Virus record (IMG/VR): IMGVR_UViG_3300046170_000519
Coordinates: 124,001 to 188,000 of that record
Direction: 5' to 3' (one strand)
Length of the DNA stretch: 64,000 nt
Made by a program: the position numbers and the translations under genes. This document shows positions 1-9,200 of the stretch, one piece after another. Numbering within the stretch: position 1 is the stretch's first letter; every line of letters starts with the position of its first letter. The notes beneath the pieces are model-generated. The model saw only the letters and a program-made list of their open reading frames with translations. It was not told the DNA's origin and did not search any database.

Positions 1-2794
1 TGAAAGTCGGAGTAGCAGAGCAAAGATTGCTGTCACAATTAGATATTTTTTTTCCGAAACTATTGTTATGACCTGCATGTCCTGCAGCAATCCAAGGTCC
101 AGAATCAACATAACGATCTGTATCAGGTGAGCAAATTGAATCAAGCAAAGTATAGCAAAAATGATATCCGTCGTTATGATAATAAATGAAGGTATCTCCA
201 ATAGAGGAAACTAAGTCACTGTAAACACTTTGAGAGAAAGAATCTTCAGAAGGGCAAATTTTAAATGTTTCATTTAAATTAATTGAACCACCAGAACCAT
301 TATGAGCCCTAATTAAGGAATCTGCGTCACACACTTCTTTCTTAAAACAATGGCAAGAGGGTGTATTTGTGGGCGTTATTGTATGAGTCTCAGTTTGAGT
401 TTTTGTACCCGTGGGTGCAGTTTTTGTATTTGTCGGAAATGGAGTGGGGGTTGTGCAATTACCGTCCCCTTTACATTCTGGACAACAACATGGGCATCCA
501 GGACTTCTTCCACAATAATATGGCCCGCTTGCATTGAACGTAGGGTCTGAATGATAACATAAAGAACCGCATAAACCGTTACTAATTGGAGCTCCATATT
601 CATTTAAACAAGTTTCGGTATATGTAGAAGTTGGGGTTGGAGTGTGATTTGTGAAAGTAAAAGAAGGGCTAGGTGTTTCACTGGGGCTTGGTGTCTCAGT
701 GGGAGTTGCAGGACAATTTTGAATTTCAATTCCTTGACAGTCATCTGGAGAATTACGACACAAAAAGCAAGCGTCTCCCGTTTGCTTATCTAAATTATTA
801 GGATCATTAAGCCTAAATCCCAAAAGCTGAATTTGAATATCAGATAAATTTTGGTTAGTAACGAACGCTAATAATAATTGATCATACGTACAAGGCTCGA
901 AAACACCACCAGAGTACGAAGAGCAAAACATATCTTTTAAGTCAGCTAGAGAAGTTGAAGGGTTATTGACTGTAATTTGACCCGCAAGAGTTGATTGGCT
1001 ATAACTTAAAACAATTTGCTTGTAAATATTATGAGGTATAATATCTGCTAAATCATATTCGCTGTACGTGGAACCATTACAAGAACCACCTTTTTCTATT
1101 GATTTAACACAATCTCCGTCAAAACAATGCACTTCTTCGTCAAAGTTTGGAGCACAGCTATCATCTAGCCATAAAGGACCAAAAAGCCTAAAAGAGTGTT
1201 GAGCTCCACTAACCATTGTTATGGTGTGACACGTTGTGCAGTTTTGTTCTATTTCGTACGATAAATTTTGCTCCGATAAACAATCACCTTCTAAATCTGG
1301 AGGAAAAGGTATGTCGGGAACTACCGTTGGATCTTCTGGTAGTGGTGGAGCATCAGCTGGAGGTAAATCTTCTGATTTAGAATATGGTCCGACAAGAAAG
1401 GCGCATCCTGGAGACTCATCAGAAAATTGACCTTTATAGCTTCCATCTGTATAATCGCTAGAATTTGCTCCTTCTGGAAGTTTATAGTAAGTATCATACT
1501 CAAAACCATATATTTCAGGTCTTTCAATAGATCCATCACAGGCAGTAGCATCCCCACAAGAATCTAGTAAATAATAGTCAGCGTCTGTTAGTGTGTGAGT
1601 GGGGGTTGGCGTTTCAGTAGAAATAGCAGAGCCAGTTTCTGTTGGTGAAAATTTTGTATTAGTTGTTGTTGGAGTCGGATTTTCACAACTACAAGGTAAA
1701 TAACTAAAAAATAAATTTGAGGGAATATTTAATGTTGTAGTGGGGTTTCCAGCAGAACAGCATACATATGAAATACTAACACAAAGATCTCCACTCTTGT
1801 AAGTGCCTTCTGTTAAATTATTGGAATTAAAATAAATTCCTTCGTAGGCTTTATGCGATTGATCGCTAGAGCTACATACAGTATAGTATACACAGCTAGA
1901 ACATGCCGTGCATTGTTGTGAAGTTGAATTAATTCCAAATGTATTATTTTGACAAATATCAAAAGGCTTTTCACAAGGTGGGCACGTTACTGTTTCTGTA
2001 AATGTTTGAGTTGAAGGTAGTGTTTGAGACGATGTTTCGGTTCGAGGCGGTGTTTCGGTTCGAGGCGGTGTTTCGGTTCGAGGCGGTGTTTCAGTTCGAG
2101 GCGGTGTTTCAGTTCGAGGCGGTGTTTCAGTTCGAGGCGATGTTTCGGTTCGAGGCGGTGTTTGACTTTTTGGAGGATCAGTTTCAGCAGGAGTTTGAGT
2201 GGGCGGTTTAGTTTGAACTGGTGTTTCAGTTCGAGGCGATGTTTCGGTTCGAGGCGGTGTTTCGGTTTGAGGAGGTGTTTCAGTTAGAGTTTGAGCTGTA
2301 GGAGTGAGAGGAATAGTATAGCTTCCTGTAGCAGTTTTTGGAAGTGAGGAGGTAAATGTGTTAGTTGCTGAAGTATCTGTCGGTAATGGGGTCTTATTAC
2401 CACCTCCACCTCCACCTGGGCCTCCAGGATCTGTTGGCTCAGGCGGTTCAGTTACAGGTGGAGTATCTGTTCTACAGCTTTCATATTCGCAGAGAGAATT
2501 ATCAACGCAATCACAATTACCACAAAGGTTGCATGCCGATGGATCTGCACAACCAGGATTTGAGGCACAAAGACAAGGATTTGCCGCTAAAGCTTTTTGT
2601 TTAGCTTCATCTCCATAACAGCCATTATAAAGACATGTTTCATTGTCTACAACAATACTAACACTCGTACCATCACTTAAAGATACTGAACCGCTAGGGC
2701 AAGCAGGGTCATAGTTGTCCGCACAAACATCGTTACAACAATGCCCGTGCCAATCTATGGAAAATTCTAGCAGATCATCTTGTATGGGGAGCAT
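1..2794 (-). CDS. Cys-rich / Thr-Pro-rich repeat protein, 3'-truncated by the window edge (>931 aa; missing from the ORF track)
   Basis: Manually translated: ATG at 2792-2794 (MLPIQDDLLEFSIDWHGHCCNDVCADNYDPAC...). No stop was found in the lines translated down to position 1. Contains GCADPSACN-type Cys motifs, (TETPPR)n and TPT-rich linkers like the 4048-aa protein. Confidence 0.9.
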   Translation of the reverse strand, partial: MLPIQDDLLEFSIDWHGHCCNDVCADNYDPACPSGSVSLSDGTSVSIVVDNETCLYNGCYGDEAKQKALAANPCLCASNPGCADPSACNLCGNCDCVDNSLCEYESCRTDTPPVTEPPEPTDPGGPGGGGGGNKTPLPTDTSATNTFTSSLPKTATGSYTIPLTPTAQTLTETPPQTETPPRTETSPRTETPVQTKPPTQTPAETDPPKSQTPPRTETSPRTETPPRTETPPRTETPPRTETPPRTETPPRTETSSQTLPSTQTFTETVTCPPCEKPFDICQNNTFGINSTSQQCTACSSCVYYTVCSSSDQSHKAYEGIYFNSNNLTEGTYKSGDLCVSISYVCCSAGNPTTTLNIPSNLFFSYLPCSCENPTPTTTNTKFSPTETGSAISTETPTPTHTLTDADYYLLDSCGDATACDGSIERPEIYGFEYDTYYKLPEGANSSDYTDGSYKGQFSDESPGCAFLVGPYSKSEDLPPADAPPLPEDPTVVPDIPFPPDLEGDCLSEQNLSYEIEQNCTTCHTITMVSGAQHSFRLFGPLWLDDSCAPNFDEEVHCFDGDCVKSIEKGGSCNGSTYSEYDLADIIPHNIYKQIVLSYSQSTLAGQITVNNPSTSLADLKDMFCSSYSGGVFEPCTYDQLLLAFVTNQNLSDIQIQLLGFRLNDPNNLDKQTGDACFLCRNSPDDCQGIEIQNCPATPTETPSPSETPSPSFTFTNHTPTPTSTYTETCLNEYGAPISNGLCGSLCYHSDPTFNASGPYYCGRSPGCPCCCPECKGDGNCTTPTPFPTNTKTAPTGTKTQTETHTITPTNTPSCHCFKKEVCDADSLIRAHNGSGGSINLNETFKICPSEDSFSQSVYSDLVSSIGDTFIYYHNDGYHFCYTLLDSICSPDTDRYVDSGPWIAAGHAGHNNSFGKKISNCDSNLCSATPTF
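2020..2290 (-). repeat. 18-bp tandem repeat encoding (TETPPR/TETSPR)n
   Basis: ttcgaggcggtgtttcgg-type units in tandem, in frame within the 1-2794 ORF. Confidence 0.9.
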
Positions 2795-2804
2795 AAACAA
2801 TATT

Positions 2805-2809
2805 TACAC
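2805..2809 (-). promoter_or_regulatory. GTGTA motif (putative late promoter)
   Basis: Minus strand TTTTTGTGTGTAAATATTGTTTATG, immediately upstream of the 2794 ATG. Confidence 0.5.
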
Positions 2810-2850
2810 ACAAAAAGAAGTAAAATTTAAAATTAAATTTTATTTATTAT

Positions 2851-2949
2851 TTACTTCTGACTAGATTGTAATGAAGATGATTTTTTTAAATTAATAGATC
2901 TAATTAATGTAGTAGATTTTTCTAAAAAATTTTTAATTATAGATGACAT
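2851..2949 (-). CDS. possible 32-aa micro-ORF
   Basis: MSSIIKNFLEKSTTLIRSINLKKSSSLQSSQK*; fills the gap and has GTGTATA just upstream (2959-2963). Confidence 0.3.
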   Translation of the reverse strand: MSSIIKNFLEKSTTLIRSINLKKSSSLQSSQK

Positions 2950-2971
2950 ATTTATGTATACACAAAATATA

Positions 2972-3217
2972 TCACACTCTTTTAAAAAGCTTAAAACTAA
3001 AAGATGTAAGCAAAACAATTAATAAAATAATCAAAAAATAAAAAATGGGATCAGAATAGTTTGGGAAAGAATTATTATTTAAAGCTTCAAGCTCAGATGA
3101 ACCTAAAGGAGCATTTGGAGTCTCTTGAGGAATGTTTGATTTTAATTTTGCTTTATTTAAAAAAGAATTGGTTTTAGCGCAACCTAAAAATAAAAAAGAT
3201 AAAAATATAAACCTCAT
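2972..3217 (-). CDS. small lipoprotein with C-terminal transmembrane helix (u-spanin-like topology)
   Basis: MRFIFLSFLFLGC lipobox-like signal; C-terminal hydrophobic FYFLIILLIVLLTSFSF followed by a basic tail; overlaps the stop of the upstream membrane gene. Confidence 0.55.
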   Translation of the reverse strand: MRFIFLSFLFLGCAKTNSFLNKAKLKSNIPQETPNAPLGSSELEALNNNSFPNYSDPIFYFLIILLIVLLTSFSFKLFKRV

Positions 3218-3651
3218 TACCTTCTTTTACTAGGAATGGCATAAAAACCAACAACCATGAAGCAAAGATCCATAAAAGATGCTAGCATTAAACCACCAGT
3301 CATTTTCACAATCTCCCAATCTTTAGCTCCAAAAATCCAGCCAAAAAAACCTAAACGAGAACTCTCTCCTTTGGGGACAATTAAATTGTATTCAATTTGA
3401 GGGTTAAAAGCATAATATATCATCAAAAAACACATTGTAAATGTGATTGACATAAACAAAATCCTTCTAGTAATTTTTACAAAAGGATCTTTAGCTTGTT
3501 CTGATTGACTCAAGATTAAAGCTTGCATCATTTTTTCATCTTTAATAGCTAACATCATTTGATCTTGACGCTTTTGTTCGAGCCAAGAGTTTAATAAATT
3601 GCATGCTAACTTAATCCCAGCTCCAACAATTGTATTTAAAACAGGTCCCAT
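3217..3651 (-). CDS. membrane protein, holin-like (3TM-holin-like layout)
   Basis: Amphipathic N-terminus, charged linker, then hydrophobic segments ILFMSITFTMCFLMIYYAF and GGLMLASFMDLCFMVVGFYAI, basic C-terminus SKRR. Confidence 0.5.
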   Translation of the reverse strand: MGPVLNTIVGAGIKLACNLLNSWLEQKRQDQMMLAIKDEKMMQALILSQSEQAKDPFVKITRRILFMSITFTMCFLMIYYAFNPQIEYNLIVPKGESSRLGFFGWIFGAKDWEIVKMTGGLMLASFMDLCFMVVGFYAIPSKRR

Positions 3652-3661
3652 ATATTATATA

Positions 3662-3666
3662 TACAC
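3662..3666 (-). promoter_or_regulatory. GTGTA motif (putative late promoter)
   Basis: Minus strand CCTGTGTATATATAATATATG upstream of the 3651 ATG. Confidence 0.45.
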
Positions 3667-3680
3667 AGGAAAAAGCTTTA

Positions 3681-4058
3681 TTAAGCATTATGTTTTTCAA
3701 AAACTTTTATACTTTTTGTGCTAGACCCTATAAATCTAATACAGGAATATTTAAAATTCCAAAAATCACAATAAGCTAAATTTTCACCACCTGAAATAGC
3801 ATGATCACTAATTAAACTCCAATGGTTTTGAAAGTCTGAACTAGCCGAATTTGTCGCAGGATCTGTATAATTAGAGCCTAAAATCTGAAATTGAACAGAC
3901 CCATTCCCTGCTTCGCTATGAACTTGATAGCTATGTAAGGTATATAATCTAACATCAATAATTGAGCTATAGTTTTTTGATGGGTCAGCATCAGTAATTT
4001 TATCCCAAGATGTGAAAGCTTCTGGACCTAAGTTACTCGTTAATTCTACTCTAGACAT
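3681..4058 (-). CDS. hypothetical beta-rich protein; paralog of the N-terminal domain of 46162-48831
   Basis: ORF 125 aa, coupled to neighbours; shares DxxxxxxHS(Y/F), SN...WxxI, LxYxxx(W/F)NF and HN motifs with the 889-aa protein N-terminus. Confidence 0.75.
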   Translation of the reverse strand: MSRVELTSNLGPEAFTSWDKITDADPSKNYSSIIDVRLYTLHSYQVHSEAGNGSVQFQILGSNYTDPATNSASSDFQNHWSLISDHAISGGENLAYCDFWNFKYSCIRFIGSSTKSIKVFEKHNA

Positions 4059-4059
4059 T

Positions 4060-4533
4060 TTATTTTAAAAATTCATCAAAATTTACAAAACTAAAGTCTT
4101 CGACACTACAAAGACCTGAAGTTTCTGAGTCTAATTTAGCTTCAAGAATTTGCTCGTAAGTGAAATAAAGATCATCTTCAATTCCGTCATGAATAAAAAA
4201 AGACTGATCGTTCGTAACATCTCTGTCTAATTTTATATATTCATTTGACACAAAAGCTCCTTTGGCGAGCTTACAGAACATATTAATTCGAGCTAAAGCC
4301 CACAAAGCTTTTGGCTTTTCTAGCCTGGTGGCATCATGAATACCTCTTTTAAAAATTTCTTTTAACTGACTTAATGAAATTTTGCAAGATGGATGATTAT
4401 TATTATGAGAAAAAACTTTTTTACTTAAATAATCGATAACTTTTTCAGAAGAGTTTGATAAATTAACTTCTTGAGATAAATGAGATAATTCATTTTCAAT
4501 CTTTTTTGAAACATCTATCCCTAATTTTTTCAT
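4060..4533 (-). CDS. hypothetical protein, DUF5824-like motif
   Basis: LKEIFKRGIHDA...WALARINMF resembles the recalled viral consensus LKxVYxRGxxA...WAxARVNxF. Confidence 0.55.
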   Translation of the reverse strand: MKKLGIDVSKKIENELSHLSQEVNLSNSSEKVIDYLSKKVFSHNNNHPSCKISLSQLKEIFKRGIHDATRLEKPKALWALARINMFCKLAKGAFVSNEYIKLDRDVTNDQSFFIHDGIEDDLYFTYEQILEAKLDSETSGLCSVEDFSFVNFDEFLK

Positions 4534-4728
4534 TTAATTAAGTTGTTCAAAAGTTTCTTTATTGCAAAACTTATTTAGTTTTGTGCCATCACTATCAATA
4601 GCTTTTAATACATAGCGAACTCTAGTAGATCCATCTTTGTTAGTTTTCTCTAACTTAGAAGCTTGCACTTCTTCAGATGGAATTTTTACTTTAGATTTTT
4701 TTTTAACATTATAAAATTCTATATGCAT
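4534..4728 (-). CDS. small basic protein, CC1/DUF5679-like putative DNA-binding protein
   Basis: 64 aa, Lys-rich; IEFYNVKKK...TxKDG...RYVLKA..DGTKLxKF pattern. Confidence 0.55.
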   Translation of the reverse strand: MHIEFYNVKKKSKVKIPSEEVQASKLEKTNKDGSTRVRYVLKAIDSDGTKLNKFCNKETFEQLN

Positions 4729-4737
4729 GATTAATAA

Positions 4738-4742
4738 TACAC
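4738..4742 (-). promoter_or_regulatory. GTGTA motif (putative late promoter)
   Basis: Minus strand TTTTTTTGTGTATTATTAATCATG upstream of the 4728 ATG. Confidence 0.45.
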
Positions 4743-4765
4743 AAAAAAATAGAAAAATAGAAATT

Positions 4766-5185
4766 TTAAATGTCTGAACTTCCGAAACCTTTTTCTCCTC
4801 GAACTGTATGTGTTAAATCATTTGTTTCACATAGAGTGACATGAGGAACTGGCATAAAGATTATTTGACAAATTCGATCCCCGATATTGTATCTTCTCGA
4901 AAGACTATTAGGCACACTCATTCTAACTTTTATCTCTCCTCTATAATTTGAATCAATAACACCTACAGAGTTTCTTAAATAGTGCTCAGTTTTAGAAACA
5001 CTAGAACGAGGAAATAATAAACCAACATAACCTTCGGGAATTTCAAAAGATAAGCCTGTGCCATACTCAAAGTATAAATCAGTTTCATCTAAAGAAATAG
5101 CCGTAAGGTCTAAACCTGCATCCCCTATTCTAGAATATTTTGGAGTGACGGCTTGAATCGAAAGTTTTTTAAAATTTATTTTCAT
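4766..5185 (-). CDS. dut: trimeric dUTPase
   Basis: Motifs GDAGLDL, PRSS, GVIDSNYRGEI, GDRICQ, RGEKGFGSS. Confidence 0.97.
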   Translation of the reverse strand: MKINFKKLSIQAVTPKYSRIGDAGLDLTAISLDETDLYFEYGTGLSFEIPEGYVGLLFPRSSVSKTEHYLRNSVGVIDSNYRGEIKVRMSVPNSLSRRYNIGDRICQIIFMPVPHVTLCETNDLTHTVRGEKGFGSSDI

Positions 5186-5191
5186 AAGCTA

Positions 5192-6205
5192 TTAAAAATC
5201 ATCTTCTAGAGATCCTGATTGTTGATACTCCCTAACTCTTCTTTCGAAAAAATTACCCATAGCTTGAACATCAACGACTTCCCCTAGCCAAGGAAATGGA
5301 TTATGATCGCTGGGAAAACGATAATCTAAACCTATAGCTTCTAATCTTCTGTTACCTATATAATGCATATAATCAACAAACATTTCAGCATTTAGACCCA
5401 AAATTCCTGTTGGTAAAACATCATGAGCATAAGATATTTCTAGCTCGACAGCTTTTTTTATGTGATCGATAAATTCTTGCTGAATATCTTTGGTCCAAAT
5501 AGAAGGATTTTGTTCGATTAATGTATTAATTAAATATGTACCAAAAGCTATATGAGAACTTTCATCCCTTAAAGTATACTTTATCTGATCAGAAATTCCT
5601 TGGAGTTTATTTTGACGACCAAGAGCTAAAAGCATGGCAAAGCCACTAAAGAAAAAAGTTCCTTCGCAAACAATCCAATATGTTAAAAAATTTCTTAATA
5701 TTTCTTGCTTCCCTTCTTTGTTGTGAGGGTTGAAGTCTTGACGACTAATGTCGTTAGTTATGCTCATTAAGAAATCATCTTTTGCTTTAATACTTGGAAT
5801 GTTTTCATAAGCAGCAAACACTTCTTCAATATTAAGATCAAGGCTATCACATATATATACTACCGTAAGATTGTGAAGACTTTCTTCAAAAGCTTGACGC
5901 AAAATGTACTGACGACACTCAGCATCAGTAATAAATCTAAAAGCCGAAAGAAGAAGGTTATTACCAACCAAAGACTCTGATCCAGCAAAAAACCCCAAAC
6001 AGCGTTTAACGAGCAATTTTTCATCATCTGTAATTTCATTATTTTTCCATTGTTTTATGTCGTTCTGCATGCTAATTTCAGTAGGCATCCAGTTATTAGC
6101 ACAACTTTTTAAAAATAAATCCCAAGCATATTTATGTTTGTGGGGTAAAATTCTATTAACTCCTGCTATATTTTTTGTTAAAAGTTCTCCTGTTTTATTA
6201 TCCAT
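5192..6205 (-). CDS. nrdB: ribonucleotide reductase beta subunit (R2), class Ic-like
   Basis: NNWMPTEI, FFAGSES, QAFEESLH, CEGTFFFSGF, RDESSH, NFFERRVREYQ; Glu as first ligand and Val at the radical-Tyr position. Confidence 0.96.
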   Translation of the reverse strand: MDNKTGELLTKNIAGVNRILPHKHKYAWDLFLKSCANNWMPTEISMQNDIKQWKNNEITDDEKLLVKRCLGFFAGSESLVGNNLLLSAFRFITDAECRQYILRQAFEESLHNLTVVYICDSLDLNIEEVFAAYENIPSIKAKDDFLMSITNDISRQDFNPHNKEGKQEILRNFLTYWIVCEGTFFFSGFAMLLALGRQNKLQGISDQIKYTLRDESSHIAFGTYLINTLIEQNPSIWTKDIQQEFIDHIKKAVELEISYAHDVLPTGILGLNAEMFVDYMHYIGNRRLEAIGLDYRFPSDHNPFPWLGEVVDVQAMGNFFERRVREYQQSGSLEDDF

Positions 6206-6230
6206 ATATTATATATTCGTTTGAAAATGT

Positions 6231-6259
6231 ATTATAGATTATTTTTTTATTAAAGTCAA
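6231..6259 (-). promoter_or_regulatory. sigma70-type promoter for nrdB-dut
   Basis: TTGACT (6259-6254), 17-nt spacer, TATAAT (6236-6231). Confidence 0.8.
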
Positions 6260-6262
6260 CAA

Positions 6263-9200
6263 TTATTTATATGTTTTTCCACATATATCTATAAATCCAT
6301 TTTTTGAATATTCTTCATGCTCTGGAGTTCCATATAATATATTTAATTCTCCATTCCATACTGTTAAATCTAAAGAATTGAAAACATTTCCAATTTTATT
6401 TGCAAGTCCATGACTATAAACTCCATCATTAAAGCCAGCAAAATGCAAACCACAACCTTTTAAGGAGTCGCCGTCTTTTTTCATTAATAGTGAGCCTGAG
6501 TCACCAGAATCTGAAAAATAAATATTTTCCCCCTTGCCTCTATAGTATAAACAATCAGTGAAAATAGCTTTATGTTGCATAGATGGAACAACTTTAATGG
6601 AGCCCGTAGAGGGATCTAGAATTCTATCACTACAATAGTAAACATAACCCATCCAAGAGTCAGAAATTATTGAAGGATGTTCAGTAAAAGAGTTTTCAGT
6701 GGTAGAGCCCGTCGTCCTACCGCTTTTAAACACAAAATCTCCAACTTTTGCATCTGAGAATGATGGGGTATTATTAGTTAAATCAATAATCGAACTAGAG
6801 GGGAAAACACTTGCGCCAAAATTTATTGATGCAGCATCTACTGTATTAATTGGTTGAAAGCCATGGTTTCCATAGGAAGTTTTATTAAAAGGATGTGGAA
6901 AAAACAAAGGTTCGATATAATTTGTAGATCCAATATTTACCGATCCTGCTCCAAGGACAGTGTTTTGATCTAGAAAAGACGGACTAGAGATTTCTAAATC
7001 TAAAAGATTTTTATGAAAATCAGAAAGAGTGCCAGAATGATATTCAGAGTCTCCATTACCTCGTTCATCCGTAGAGCAACAAAAAGGGACTCCAAAAAAT
7101 AAAACATTTAAAGGTTGATTACTTGGCTTGGAACTCCAAGAAGTGTAATATATTTTTTTAAAAGTTTCATCAGAGGTTTGATAAGAAAATTCCATATACT
7201 CATCAGACATTAATATTGGATAAAAGCGAAAACTATTATTTTTAGATTTGCCATTTTTATATATGAGTGTGCCGTCATTTTTAAAAATAGAAACATTCGT
7301 CTCGACCTTGGAATATATAGAAGTTAAATTGCTTAAATCACTGTAAGTTAAACAAAAAGGTGAAGAATCTAGATTTAAACCCTTAAAAATATACTTCCTA
7401 CCAGCTTCAATAAAAGCAAAATCAGAATTGTCAAAAGCTGGATTTTTAAAAGAATCTCCAGAAATATCTTCAAAAATAAACCCGTTTTCATAAGATACAT
7501 TATAAGATATAGGAGGTTCTGTTTTTGGATCATAAACTTGAGAGCCGATAACATGGTTGTTAGTAACACAAACAAGCTCTTGGTCTTTATTGAGAGCGGA
7601 AAAACCTAAAGTTCCTGCAGAATAATCATTCGCCACCCCAATTGATACTCCTCCAGGAATGCACTTGTAGGGTTTTTTGTCAGAGTCGTAGGAATTTTGA
7701 GGGCAGCCATGAATTGATTTTTTTGAGGGAGATAGGCCATTAACTTTTTCGCCGCATGCGCCAAAAGCAAACATCTTAGGGACTTCTACGACATCTGTTT
7801 TAAAACCCTCTATCGAAGAGGGTATCAAATCTTCCTTCTTCAGTAAACTTTTTCCAACTTTTTTTGAAACCCCTACAGCAATACATTCTTGATGAGAATC
7901 TACACCATCTATAATTTTTGTAGAGACAAAAACACTTTCTACATTATTTTTTTGTAAAAGAAATTGAGTTGACGAAAAATTCATAGCTTGAGAGATATTT
8001 TTAAAATTATTTGAAGAGTTGAAATCGGAACTTGATGAAGATTCTAAAAGAAAAGAATTGCAGGATTCACAATCAATAAAGCCATCATAATAAGAAAGAT
8101 CGAAAGAATCTTGACATAGCTGGGCATAAGTTAAACGTTTGAGTCCACCCATGTAGCCATGGTTAAAACAATTATAGCTAACTGTATCAATGTCACCTTT
8201 TACATTTAAAGTAATATTTCCATAAAAATGTTCAATATTTAACCCGTCCACAACTTTGGTTCCCGCACTGTTTGAGCCAGTGACTTCAAGCACACTCGAA
8301 TCAGCCACAAATCCTAGAGCATGGATTTGGGGGACATTTTCAATTATATAAGTGCCTAAACCAATTCCAATAAATGAATGATTGTCATAATCAACTCCAT
8401 TAAATATAATTCGACTTGAACCATCAATACTAAAAGTATTGTTACCTTTCGATGATGGAATCAAGCATTGGACATATTGACCAGTAGATCTAAAACATTT
8501 ATCATTGTAGATAATAGAATCAGAAGATTCTGGTATCACAATTTTCTCTAAAGTTTTTCCTGTCGGTCTGGGAGGGCAGAGAGAACAATCATCAAAATTT
8601 TCGAAATCGCAATTTTCACCAGAAGATGTTGGAGTAATTGATAGAGTTGGGGGGATGCAATGATTGCAATTAATCGTATCGTCAAGAGAAGTTTGTGAAG
8701 GAGTTATAGGGATAATTAAACCAAAACTAGGAGTTATAGTTGGGAGAGGTAAAAAGTAAGGGCTTTTTGTTTTTGTATGAGTGAATGATCCTGTTTCAGT
8801 TTGCGTATAGGTTGCTGATTGAGTTTTAGTGAATGAACCTGTTTCGGTTATAGTATAAGAACCTGTTTCGGTTTGAGTTTCGGTCTCAGTCTGAGTCTGA
8901 GTCTCTGTTTGAGTCTGAGTACCAGTTTCTGTTTGGGTCTGAGTACCAGTTTCTGTTTGGGTCTGAGTACCAGTTTCTGTTTGAGTCTCCGTAGGTGTCG
9001 GATTCTCTATTATCGTTGCTGTAGGGGGCTGTGTGTTAGTTAAACTCGGAACTGGCTGTGTGTTAGTTGAACTCGGAACTGTTTGAGTGGGAGGAAGTTC
9101 TACCCTGTCAGTAAATGGAGCAGTCTCCGTAGGTGTCCCACGAAGAGGATTCTCTGTCTTTGTTCCTGTCTCAGTTCGAACTGTTAATGTCGGAGTATTC

